In this document: positions 47,971 through 56,762 of the stretch, piece by piece | How the letters are laid out: every line of letters begins with the position of its first letter | How positions within the stretch are numbered: position 1 is the first letter of the stretch | Source of the DNA: Roseburia hominis | Lineage (GTDB): Bacteria > Bacillota_I > Bacilli_A > RFN20 > CAG-826 | DNA: 64,000 nucleotides | Reading direction: 5' to 3' | Assembly (NCBI GenBank): GCA_963642055.1 | Contig: CAVIFQ010000001.1 | Span: forward strand, 33,576 to 97,575 | Notes under the pieces: generated by a model | The model's database searches: none | What the model was told of the DNA's origin: nothing | Seen by the model: only the letters and a program-made list of their open reading frames with translations | Made by a program: the position numbers and the translations under genes

Positions 47971-49056
47971 TCAGTCGAATAAAGATAGGAGGATCCTATC
48001 TAGCAAAAGAATGCCTTTATCGGTCGGTTTGACTCTCTCATCCTCGATTTTCAGTAACCCGTCTTTATGGCAGGAATCGTAGGCTTTCTCGTATTTTGAA
48101 AGAAAAGAGAAGCCGAAACGGGCGGAAAAATCAGTGAGCGAAAACCCCTTCTCGAGGCGGAGATTGGTCAAAAAATAATACTCGAGGTCGTCTTTTGGGG
48201 TGATTACCTCAGTTTCAGCGCGGTATTTGCCTTTAAGATATTTATCCAGGCTCAGCGTGTTTTTGTAACGGATTCCTCTGCTATATCCGCTTGCGCCTAG
48301 CCCCACGGCGTCGTATTCATTATCTTCCCAATAGGTGAGATTGTGCTTGCACTCATACCCTTCTAAGCAGAAATTGCTAACTTCGTATCGCTTATAGCCT
48401 TTAGAGCGGAAAGAAGAAAGGAGCAAATCATATTGAGCGGCGGCTTTTTCATCGTCCATCTCTTTATACCCTTTTAAATAGAGCTTGGTCCCCTTTTCTA
48501 AAATCAGGGTATAGGCGCTTAAATGAGGGAGATTAAGCGAAAGGAAGGCCTCGATATCCTCTTTTAGCTCCTCTTCGCTTTCGTTAGGCAAAGCGTAGAT
48601 AAGATCGGCGTTGATATTGGAAATCCCCGCCTCTTTCGCATTATTTATCGCTTCCTTGGCTTTAAGGAAGGTGTGTTTTCTCTCCATCAAGTTGAGCAAC
48701 CGCGGGAGGCTTGACTCGATGCCGATGGAGATCCGGTTCACGCCGTAAAAGGCACATAAAGCCGCTTTTTCTCTGCTAAGCGATTCAGGATTGCTCTCGA
48801 TGCTCCACTCGCATTCCTCTTTTTTATACGCGCTTAAGCGCGCAAGAAGGGCCCTGAAGCACTCATCATTCAATGATGTGGGCGTCCCCCCGCCGATATA
48901 GATGGTGTCGTATTTCTTGCTTTTGTATTGTTCTAATTCAGCAAAAAGCGCGGAAAGATAAGAAAACGCCCACTCTTCCTTGTAGAGGACTTTCGGGAAG
49001 TCGCAATAAGAGCAGATAGAACTGCAGAAAGGAATATGGACGTATAAAGAAGACAT
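47971..49056 (-). CDS. hemW: Radical SAM heme chaperone HemW (HemN-like, oxygen-independent coproporphyrinogen oxidase family)
   Basis: 361 aa with a CSSICSYCDF radical-SAM cluster motif. Sits at the lepA-hemW-hrcA position. Confidence 0.85.
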   Translation of the reverse strand: MSSLYVHIPFCSSICSYCDFPKVLYKEEWAFSYLSALFAELEQYKSKKYDTIYIGGGTPTSLNDECFRALLARLSAYKKEECEWSIESNPESLSREKAALCAFYGVNRISIGIESSLPRLLNLMERKHTFLKAKEAINNAKEAGISNINADLIYALPNESEEELKEDIEAFLSLNLPHLSAYTLILEKGTKLYLKGYKEMDDEKAAAQYDLLLSSFRSKGYKRYEVSNFCLEGYECKHNLTYWEDNEYDAVGLGASGYSRGIRYKNTLSLDKYLKGKYRAETEVITPKDDLEYYFLTNLRLEKGFSLTDFSARFGFSFLSKYEKAYDSCHKDGLLKIEDERVKPTDKGILLLDRILLSLFD

Positions 49057-49463
49057 TATTTATCGGAATTTTCGCCGAGGTCTTTCTTCGAGACCGCCAC
49101 TTCTTCCGGATGGTTTTTCGCGTATTCGTCCATTTGGCGCTGGAGGTCCTCGTCTCCTTCAACAGTGAGACGATGGGTCTCGTAATCGGCAGCCTCTTTC
49201 TCAGACGGGGCTTCCTCTTTCTTGAGGGAACGTCTTTCGTTTTTCACTTCTTCGAGGCTCTTATTCTCCTCTTCCATCGGGACGATGAGGCGCTCGACCT
49301 CTTCTTTGGCGATCTCTTCGTCGGTCTTCGGCTTATCGGTGTTCTTGAAGTGCGGCGAGTATTTCTTGATGAGGATGACCGTCAAGACGACGAGTCCGAA
49401 TATCGCCAAAAGGATCAAGACGATAAGCCAGGGGTTTTGGGTTATATAATCGAGAACGTACAT
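49056..49463 (-). CDS. Hypothetical membrane-anchored, highly charged protein
   Basis: 135 aa with one N-terminal TM helix followed by a Lys/Glu-rich region. 1-nt overlap with hemW. Confidence 0.45.
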   Translation of the reverse strand: MYVLDYITQNPWLIVLILLAIFGLVVLTVILIKKYSPHFKNTDKPKTDEEIAKEEVERLIVPMEEENKSLEEVKNERRSLKKEEAPSEKEAADYETHRLTVEGDEDLQRQMDEYAKNHPEEVAVSKKDLGENSDK

Positions 49464-49483
49464 TCTTTTAATCTCCTTGATGT

Positions 49484-51037
49484 TTATTCGTCTCCATTTT
49501 GCTTCACGGGCGTATAGACGAACTTGTTTTTGACCTGCAATTTCTTATAGTACCCCTCATTGACGAGTTTTTCCATAGACGTGCGCGCGGTTTCGTAGGC
49601 GCAGCGCATGCATTTTTTGTATTGCTGGATCGAATAATAATGGCCGATGGTGCAGTGATTGGCTAAGAAAGTGGCTTGGCTCTTATTGAGCGAGTAATTG
49701 CTTTCTAAGAGATAGGCGATATATTCCTTGATCTCCTTATCGCTTAAGGGCGAATCCTTCTTCTTGATGGCTATCTCCACCCCATTTGCCTTATTGACCT
49801 CTTCTTTGCTGATGGTCGGGATGGAGGAGGTCTTCTCAACCGGTTTCTTGTTTTCTATAGGCGCCACCGGCTCTTTTTTGATGGGCGCAGGCGCAGGCTT
49901 GCTTTCGACTTTTTCAACTTTAGGGAGCAAAGTGCTCGCCTTTGTTTCTTCGCTTGGCTGCTCGAAGAGGGATATCTGCTCAACCGAATGGCTGAGATCA
50001 GAAGCGGCTTGCTCTTTTTTCCGCTCCTCTTCCTCGGATAAGGCATTGGCCTCTTCCTCAAAACGTGAGAGGAGAATGGCGTCGAGCTCCTCTTTGAGCG
50101 AGGCGCAGGCTTCTTCGATTAATGCGAAGGAGCGCGTCAGGTAATAAGTGAGATCCCCCGCTTTCTGGGCGCCCACGAAGGTGATGTCATTCAAGACGGG
50201 TTCCACGATAAGCGCAAGGGAGAGCGGAAGGAAGAATCCTTCTTTCCCTAGTCCAGCCTCATACGATAAGCAGTCGAGGGCGAAAAGAGTCGCCACTTCC
50301 TCGTTTTTGGAGGAAAAGGGGCGCACGTAGATGATGTAAAACATCCCGATAAGCGCTTTTAGTAACGGACGCTCGCTAGAGGAGGCGAAAAGATAGAAAT
50401 CGTCCATCATTCCCTCAATCATAGAGGTTGGCGCATAAGGGAAGACGGCATCGGCATAATAGGTGTATTTGGAGGCGCGGTTATCGAAATCGCCTGGGCG
50501 GTAGTATTCACTTAGCTCATCTACCCCTAGAAGCGTCTGGTAGGCTTGGCCGATGAAACTGTCATCCGGTTTAGAAGGGATGATAGAGGAAAAGTAGCGG
50601 AGAGTCCGCAAATAGTCGCGGAGCTCGCTTTCTTTGCCGTCCCCACTATCTCTATAAGTGCCATTGATGATGGCTTTGATGGTGAGATCGTTGCTTTTCT
50701 CGCCATATGCTTTGTTCATGCCGGACAAAGAGCGGAAAAGAAGCGCGCGTTCCATCGATGTGGTATCACTCTGATGGACACCTTTTTTGTAGAGATTCAC
50801 GATTCTTCCCAAAGAAGATAGGCAATCGTCGGCTTTCTTCATGATGGGTTCGCTCTTCACATAGTAAAAGGGCTTGTTGCGGATGCTTTTCAAAGGCAAC
50901 GGGTTTTGATATTGCTTGCGGTAAGCAAGGACCTCTTTCCAGTACCCATCCACCAAAGAGGTCTTCAAGGCCGCGATGAGTTCGGACTTCGAGAGGTATT
51001 CGACGTCTGTGTAGCGTTTAGCGATTTCACTTTCCAT
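49484..51037 (-). CDS. Fic-fold protein with degenerate active-site motif and C-terminal winged-helix domain
   Basis: 517 aa. The segment LLKALIGMFYIIYVRPFSSKNEEVATLFALDCL aligns to the Fic core (....IHPFxDGNGRxxR.L), but H, G, N, G and R are all replaced. Has a Pro/Lys-rich linker and a wHTH-like C-terminus (ETARTSMEKLVNEGYYKK). Confidence 0.5.
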   Translation of the reverse strand: MESEIAKRYTDVEYLSKSELIAALKTSLVDGYWKEVLAYRKQYQNPLPLKSIRNKPFYYVKSEPIMKKADDCLSSLGRIVNLYKKGVHQSDTTSMERALLFRSLSGMNKAYGEKSNDLTIKAIINGTYRDSGDGKESELRDYLRTLRYFSSIIPSKPDDSFIGQAYQTLLGVDELSEYYRPGDFDNRASKYTYYADAVFPYAPTSMIEGMMDDFYLFASSSERPLLKALIGMFYIIYVRPFSSKNEEVATLFALDCLSYEAGLGKEGFFLPLSLALIVEPVLNDITFVGAQKAGDLTYYLTRSFALIEEACASLKEELDAILLSRFEEEANALSEEEERKKEQAASDLSHSVEQISLFEQPSEETKASTLLPKVEKVESKPAPAPIKKEPVAPIENKKPVEKTSSIPTISKEEVNKANGVEIAIKKKDSPLSDKEIKEYIAYLLESNYSLNKSQATFLANHCTIGHYYSIQQYKKCMRCAYETARTSMEKLVNEGYYKKLQVKNKFVYTPVKQNGDE

Positions 51038-51086
51038 GCCTCAATTTTATAGACGCGAAGAAAGGAAAACAACAAATAACCAAAAA

Positions 51087-51096
51087 ACTACTAATT
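51087..51096 (-). repeat. AATTAGTAG-family intergenic motif (AATTAGTAGT, minus-strand reading)
   Basis: Exact 9-mer core followed by TTTTTT, 35 nt downstream of the lepA stop. Confidence 0.45.
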
Positions 51097-51130
51097 AATG
51101 TGGGATTGTATAGATATGGCCGAAGCTTTT

Positions 51131-52942
51131 CTATTTATCGTCGTCGATGGAAAGAACGCTCATGAAGGCTTCCTGCGGGATTTCGATGGCACCGACCGCC
51201 TTCATCCTCTTCTTGCCTTCTTTCTGCTTCTCCAAAAGCTTCTTTTTGCGGGATATATCCCCGCCGTAGCACTTCGCCAAAACGTCTTTTCGGACCGCTT
51301 TTATATCCGCTCGAGCGATGATCTTGCCGTTTAAGGCGGCTTGGATAGGCACCTCGAACTGCTGACGAGGGATGATGTTCTTGAGTCTAGTGACGATCTT
51401 TAGGCTTCTGTTATAGGCACTGCCCTTAAAAACGATCGTTGAAAGAGCGTCCACCACTTTGCCGTTGAGTAAAATATCCATCTTCGCGAGGTCGCTTTTC
51501 TCGTAGCTAGATAGTTCATAGTCGAGCGAAGCGTAGCCTTTCGTCGCGCTTTTTAAGGTATCGAAGAAAGAATAGATGATCTCGCTTAAAGGGAGGCGGT
51601 ATTTGACCTCCACTCTCGTATCGTCGAGATAGACCATATCTTCGTAGATGCCTCTTCGATCTTGGCAAATAGCCATCACGCTTCCGACATATTCTTTCGG
51701 CGTCATGATGGAGGCTTTCACGAACGGCTCCCGTATTTCCTTGATTTTCGTCAAATCGGGAAGGGCGCTCGGGTTATCGAGATTGATGAGGGTACCATCG
51801 GTGAGAAGAACTTCATAATTGACGCTTGGGGCGGTCAAAATGAGGTTCAGTCCGTATTCTTCTTCTAAGCGTTCCTGCACCACATCCATATGGAGGAGCC
51901 CCAAAAAGCCGACGCGGAAGCCAAAACCGAGCGCTTCGCTCGACTCTGGTTCATATAATAGGGAAGAATCATTGAGCGAAAGCTTCTCCAAGGCGTCTTT
52001 GAGATCATGATAGTCATCACTGTAGACTGGGTAGAGGCCGCAATAGACCATCGGGGCCATTTTGCGGTAGCCAGGGAGAGGCTTATCCGCCGGATTATTC
52101 GCAAGAGTGATGGTTTCGCCAGGTATGACGTCTTTGATGTCTTTGATGGTGGCGGTCAAATAGCCAACCTCACCACTCGAGAGTGAGCCCACACTTACCT
52201 CATTCGGCGTCCTGATGCCGACTTCGGTGACCGTGTATCTCTTATTCGCGGCCATCAAAAGGATCTCATCTCCCACCTTCACGGTGCCGCTTTTGATGCG
52301 GATCAAAACGACGACGCCGCGATAGGAATCGTAGTAACTATCGAAAATAAGGGCCTTTAAAGGCGCGGATGGGTCTCCGCTTGGCGGAGGTATCATCTCG
52401 ACGACTCTCTCTAAGACATCTTCCACCCCTTCTCCGGTTTTCGCGCTGACGGGAAGAGCGTCATCTGCCCCGATCCCGATTCGTTCCTCTAGCTCCTTTT
52501 TGGCGAGAGAGACATTCGCGCTTGGAAGGTCAATTTTATTGATGACTGGGATTATCATGAGGTCGTTATCGACCGCGAGGTAGGCATTCGCAAGCGTTTG
52601 AGCTTGGACTCCTTGTGTGGCGTCAACAAGAAGAAGCGCCCCTTCGCAAGCCGCCAAAGAGCGCGATACTTCGTAAGAGAAATCGACGTGCCCTGGGGTG
52701 TCAATCAAATTGAAAATGTAATCACCGGAATTCTTCGAATGGTATTTCACGGTGACGGCGTTGAGCTTGATGGTGATGCCTCTTTCTCTTTCAAGCGGCA
52801 TATTGTCGAGCATCTGCGCTTTCAAATCGCGCTTTTCAACAGCGCCCGTGAGTTCCAAAATGCGGTCACAGAAGGTGCTTTTGCCGTGATCGATGTGGGC
52901 GATGACGGAGAAATTTCTGATCCTATCGATATCGAATGCCAT
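51131..52942 (-). CDS. lepA: Translation elongation factor 4 (LepA)
   Basis: 603 aa with [18 protein letters not shown] and a LepA-specific C-terminal domain. Confidence 0.95.
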   Translation of the reverse strand: MAFDIDRIRNFSVIAHIDHGKSTFCDRILELTGAVEKRDLKAQMLDNMPLERERGITIKLNAVTVKYHSKNSGDYIFNLIDTPGHVDFSYEVSRSLAACEGALLLVDATQGVQAQTLANAYLAVDNDLMIIPVINKIDLPSANVSLAKKELEERIGIGADDALPVSAKTGEGVEDVLERVVEMIPPPSGDPSAPLKALIFDSYYDSYRGVVVLIRIKSGTVKVGDEILLMAANKRYTVTEVGIRTPNEVSVGSLSSGEVGYLTATIKDIKDVIPGETITLANNPADKPLPGYRKMAPMVYCGLYPVYSDDYHDLKDALEKLSLNDSSLLYEPESSEALGFGFRVGFLGLLHMDVVQERLEEEYGLNLILTAPSVNYEVLLTDGTLINLDNPSALPDLTKIKEIREPFVKASIMTPKEYVGSVMAICQDRRGIYEDMVYLDDTRVEVKYRLPLSEIIYSFFDTLKSATKGYASLDYELSSYEKSDLAKMDILLNGKVVDALSTIVFKGSAYNRSLKIVTRLKNIIPRQQFEVPIQAALNGKIIARADIKAVRKDVLAKCYGGDISRKKKLLEKQKEGKKRMKAVGAIEIPQEAFMSVLSIDDDK

Positions 52943-52977
52943 AAATACCGGGCTATTATACCCTACTTTCCTTTTTT

Positions 52978-55332
52978 CTAGTCGTTCTTTTTATAGAGCT
53001 TATTTATCTCCCTTTCTATTTGCTCAGGGCGCGTGATCACCGAATATTTTCTCCATTTTTGAGCGAAAAGGTGACGGTATTCCTTTTCGAGGTAGCGCTC
53101 ATCGATCAGAAGCGCCACGCCTTTATCGCTTTCGCTTCTAATGAGTCGCCCCGCCGCCTGCATCACGTGATTTAAGCCGGGGTCAAGATAAGCGTATTCA
53201 AAGCCCTTACCCTCTTTTTCATCGAAATAGTCCCTGATTTTGTCGCGCTCATAGGAAAGGGTAGGAAGTCCAACCCCGACGATCGCTACGCCGGTCAACC
53301 GGTCGCCAATCAAATCGATACCCTCGCTGAAAGCCCCGCTTAAGGTGAGTAAGCCCACTGCGCTTACGGCAGGGTTCTCCTTGAATTGCGAGAGGAAAAT
53401 CTTCCGCTCATCCTCGTTCATCGAGCGCTCCTGGACGAATTTGGCCGCCCTAGCGAAGTGCAATTCGTCTTTGATGGACTCTAGATACTCGTAACTCGGG
53501 AAAAAGAGGAAATAATTGCCAACTCTGGCGTTCACGAAATGCTCTAAGTAGGAGACGACCTGCTTTAGGCTATTCTTTCTCTCTTTGTAACGTAGCGAGA
53601 CCATCGGCGCGAGAAGCAAGGAGAAATTCTCGCTGGGGAAGGGCGAAGGAAGAAGGAGATACGGCGCTTTTTCCCCGTATAGCGAGTCCATATAGAAAGA
53701 AATCGGGGAAAGAGTGGCCGAGAAAAGGACACGGGCTTTGACTTTATCTAGCGAAGCGCGGATATATTCGCTCGGATCGAGTGAGAAAAGATGGAGCGTC
53801 GGCTCTTCCTTATTCGAATAATAAAGGAGGGAATTGTCGCTGTAGTCTTCCAAAAGGGCGGAGAAACGGTATAGTTCGACGGAAAGATCCTCGAAATCGG
53901 GGCCAAGAGCCACTTTCTTCCCTATGCTTTCTTCCTTATTGATGTCTTTTTTGTGGTCAAGGAAAGAAGATATGGCGCTTTCCGCTTTCGCGGGCAAAGA
54001 AGCATAACTCACTTCGCCTTCAATCGCGTTATTCGTTTCCTCTTTGAGGAACTTCTCAAGCTTTGAAAGAGCGTTTTTTAGACCCTTGAACGGCGTCCCT
54101 TTAAGGGCTTTTTTGCCTTTTAAGACGGAGGAAAGAGAGATAGAAGCGCTGTACATATTGTGGGCGCGATCAACGAGATTATGCGCCTCATCCACGAGGA
54201 CGATGTCTTTGCTCGCATCCGCTTCTTCTCCGAAATAACGCTCTAAATAGACGAAAGGATCGAAGAAATAATTGAAATCGCCGATGATGATGTCGCTCAT
54301 CGTCGATAAATCGAGCTGAAGCTCAAAGGGACACATCTCCTTTTCTTGAGCGAGGGCTATCACGTAATCGATCGAGAAGCGGTTATTCTCCTTCGCTTCT
54401 TCCTCCATCACTTCGCGGAGTTTCTCGTAATACCCTTTGGCGAAGGGGCAATCATCAGGATTGCAGCTTTTATCGGGGCAAAAGCACATTTTGTCCTTTG
54501 CCCGAAGCATGGAATCGCGGATATATAGACCTTTATTTCGGAGTAAAGTTATGGCTTCGTAGGCGCTTTCTCGGCCCGTCGATTTGGCGGTCAAATAGAA
54601 AATGCGCTCGCTTGAAGAAGAGGCAAGGGCCTTGATCGCTGGAAAAAGGGCGCTCATCGTTTTGCCAATGCCCGTCGGGGCCTCGCAGAAAAAGGTTCCG
54701 CCGTCTCGACAGACCGAGTAGACGTATTTGGCCATTTCTCTTTGGCCAGCTCTGAAGGAAGAATAAGGAAAAGCGAGCGCTTTTGCGCTTTCTCGCACTT
54801 TCTCGCGGTGAGCTTTAATGCCTTCATAGAATTCAAGATAACGGTCAATATAGGAATTGACGTGCTGCTCGAGCTCTTCAACGGATAGGAGGAGTTCTTT
54901 TCTCATCTGCTCGTCTTTTATTTGGGAAATATAGGTCAAGCGGACCGTCATTTTCTTCGCCCCGCTTTTATGGGCGTACATGAGGGCGTAGCAAAAAGCC
55001 TGGCCGAAATGCCATTCGCCTTGAACCCGGTAGAACTCGGAAAGCGGCGAGACCGTCGATTTGATTTCATCGATGATCGGATATTCCTCGCCTAGGATGA
55101 TGCCATCCGCTCGTCCTTCTAGCTTGATCGAGCCTTTTTCGCGGATGAAGGTTTCGCTTAACGCCACCTCGGAAAGATACTTATTCCCCTGCTTTTTCTG
55201 GTAACTCGCGTGGATTTTACTGCCTATCGCCATTGTCTCATCGTTATAGATGCGCGAATCGATATCGCCTTTCCGCAACAAGAAGTCGACGAGTTCATGG
55301 ACGCTTAAGGTGAGGAACAGCTTTTTGCTCAT
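52978..55332 (-). CDS. PD-(D/E)XK nuclease domain fused to an XPD/DinG-family Fe-S helicase
   Basis: 784 aa. The N-terminus has GRADGII...IIDEIKS and Q...Y (RecB/Cas4-like nuclease motifs). It is followed by Walker A (APTGIGKT), a four-Cys cluster region ([15 protein letters not shown]...MCPFE), the DEAH box (VDEAHNL) and a helicase C-terminal domain. Confidence 0.75.
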   Translation of the reverse strand: MSKKLFLTLSVHELVDFLLRKGDIDSRIYNDETMAIGSKIHASYQKKQGNKYLSEVALSETFIREKGSIKLEGRADGIILGEEYPIIDEIKSTVSPLSEFYRVQGEWHFGQAFCYALMYAHKSGAKKMTVRLTYISQIKDEQMRKELLLSVEELEQHVNSYIDRYLEFYEGIKAHREKVRESAKALAFPYSSFRAGQREMAKYVYSVCRDGGTFFCEAPTGIGKTMSALFPAIKALASSSSERIFYLTAKSTGRESAYEAITLLRNKGLYIRDSMLRAKDKMCFCPDKSCNPDDCPFAKGYYEKLREVMEEEAKENNRFSIDYVIALAQEKEMCPFELQLDLSTMSDIIIGDFNYFFDPFVYLERYFGEEADASKDIVLVDEAHNLVDRAHNMYSASISLSSVLKGKKALKGTPFKGLKNALSKLEKFLKEETNNAIEGEVSYASLPAKAESAISSFLDHKKDINKEESIGKKVALGPDFEDLSVELYRFSALLEDYSDNSLLYYSNKEEPTLHLFSLDPSEYIRASLDKVKARVLFSATLSPISFYMDSLYGEKAPYLLLPSPFPSENFSLLLAPMVSLRYKERKNSLKQVVSYLEHFVNARVGNYFLFFPSYEYLESIKDELHFARAAKFVQERSMNEDERKIFLSQFKENPAVSAVGLLTLSGAFSEGIDLIGDRLTGVAIVGVGLPTLSYERDKIRDYFDEKEGKGFEYAYLDPGLNHVMQAAGRLIRSESDKGVALLIDERYLEKEYRHLFAQKWRKYSVITRPEQIEREINKLYKKND

Positions 55333-55535
55333 GGAAGGTATTATACCTTTCTATCGTCTTTCTTGCTCCTTATTGATTGCCTCTTGCCTTTTTCTCGCCT
55401 CAAAAAGACGCTTTAAAAGACAAAAATGGAAAATATTCGATATTTCCTATTTTCTAGTGTTATCAAATGATACGAAAAAACGGCGATTGGGCAATTTTGA
55501 TGAAGGAAAGGGACATTCGTGATAGAGTAGACGCC

Positions 55536-56429
55536 ATGAAAATGAAAGATCATCTCGTGCGCGCCTATTCTTCGAACGGCGAAGTGCGCGCTTTTGCCTT
55601 AAATAGCCTCAATCTCGTGAAAGAGGCGGCCTCAATCCACTCTTTGAATCCTATCGCCACCATCGCTTTGGGACGAGCTTTAAGCGCTTCGTTATTAGTG
55701 AGTGAGACCTTAAAAGACGATGAGACCCTCACTCTCCGCTTCGAAGGGGATGGGGAAATGAAGGAAGTCATCGCCATCGTCGATGGGAAGCACGAATGCA
55801 AGGGTTACGTCAGGAATGGCTCTTTCGCAATAAACGAAAATACGTGCTCCGTGGGGAAAGCCCTAGGCAAAGGAACTCTCACCATCATCCGCGATATGCA
55901 TATGAAAGAGCCTTATATCTCTTCCGTTCCTTTATATAACGGGGAAATCGCCGAGGATCTGACGCATTATTTCGCTAACAGCGAGCAAACCGCCACCGCG
56001 CTTGGCTTAAGCGTGAATCTCGACAAAGATGCGAATATCGTATCCGCGGGCGGCTTCTTCGTGCAGCTGATGCCCAATGCGAGCGAAAACACGATCTCTC
56101 TCCTTGAGAGGAATATCAAAAACATCGGCTCAGTCGGCGTGCGACTAGAAGAAGGAAAAAGCGTCGAGGATATCATCGATATGCTCTTCCTTGACCTAGA
56201 GCCTGTCTTTATGACGGAACCCGTCGAAGTATCCTATCACTGCTCTTGCTCCAAAGAGCATTTCGATAAAGTGCTCATCGCTTTAGGGAGAAAAGAGCTC
56301 CGCGAGATGATGAATGACGATAAACCCGTCGAAATCAAATGCGAGTTCTGTGGCAAAACATACAGCTGGAGCAAAGAGGAGATAGCTTCGCTCTACTACT
56401 CCTTGTTCCCTAATAACGGAAAAGCCTAA
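55536..56429 (+). CDS. hslO: Redox-regulated chaperone Hsp33
   Basis: The start at the ATG 55536 (MKMKDHLVRAYSSNGEVRAFAL...) fits the Hsp33 N-terminus. C-terminal zinc centre CSCS...CEFCG. The ORF track start at 55467 is probably too early. Confidence 0.85.
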   Translation: MKMKDHLVRAYSSNGEVRAFALNSLNLVKEAASIHSLNPIATIALGRALSASLLVSETLKDDETLTLRFEGDGEMKEVIAIVDGKHECKGYVRNGSFAINENTCSVGKALGKGTLTIIRDMHMKEPYISSVPLYNGEIAEDLTHYFANSEQTATALGLSVNLDKDANIVSAGGFFVQLMPNASENTISLLERNIKNIGSVGVRLEEGKSVEDIIDMLFLDLEPVFMTEPVEVSYHCSCSKEHFDKVLIALGRKELREMMNDDKPVEIKCEFCGKTYSWSKEEIASLYYSLFPNNGKA

Positions 56430-56438
56430 AAGTACATC

Positions 56439-56712
56439 AAAAAAAACAAATGAAAAGAGATCCGGGAAATAGCGGGTCTTTTTTCGCTTTTCCACGGATC
56501 TCCGGTTCTCTCTTAGGGAAAGGAGGGTCTAAGAGAAACTCAGAGTTCTGAAAGATGATTGAGGAGGACTTTCAGAACGATAGATCGCCTAAGGGTCGAA
56601 AGGAGGTTGGTTCCCTTAAGAGGTACCTTTATGGTAGCGCTTTCATTCGCGTCTGTGAAGGGGGTAAATGAAAAATTTTTATGAGATTTTATCGAAGAAA
56701 ATCGGTAAGCCA
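56439..56712. ncRNA. Candidate structured small RNA: three stem-loops each displaying an SD-like (plus strand) or anti-SD-like (minus strand) sequence
   Basis: Hairpin A, 56509-56536: 8-bp stem, loop GGAAAGGAGGGT. Hairpin B, 56545-56578: perfect 10-bp stem, loop ATGATTGAGGAGGA. Hairpin C, 56590-56618: 6-bp stem, loop TCGAAAGGAGGTTGGTT. On the minus strand an 8-bp stem (56495-56502 / 56457-56464) precedes a long U-tract. No convincing promoter was found, so the strand is unresolved. Confidence 0.35.
56458..56484 (+). terminator. Rho-independent terminator after hslO
   Basis: Stem AGATCCG / CGGGTCT (one G-U pair), followed by TTTTTT. Confidence 0.65.
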
Positions 56713-56738
56713 GTAAAAAAGTCCCGATTAGGGGACTT
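56713..56738 (-). terminator. Rho-independent terminator after the 56763-57263 gene
   Basis: Stem AAGTCCC / GGGACTT, followed on the minus strand by TTTTTT. Confidence 0.65.
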
Positions 56739-56762
56739 CCTCAAACAAGATTCCAATTTTGT

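Noticed and set aside
56509-56618. Repeated arms of the hairpins (CTCTTAG/CTAAGAG, CTAAGGG/CCCTTAAG), considered as a mini-CRISPR or REP-type repeat array.
   Set aside because: There are only two related units, the repeats are inverted rather than direct with unique spacers, there are no cas genes, and I saw no other copies in the window.
56555-56671. 38-aa ORF (MIEEDFQNDRSPKGRKEV...) inside the triple-hairpin region.
   Set aside because: It has no SD, its start codon lies inside the loop of hairpin B, and the ORF cuts across all predicted structures. The region is better explained as RNA.
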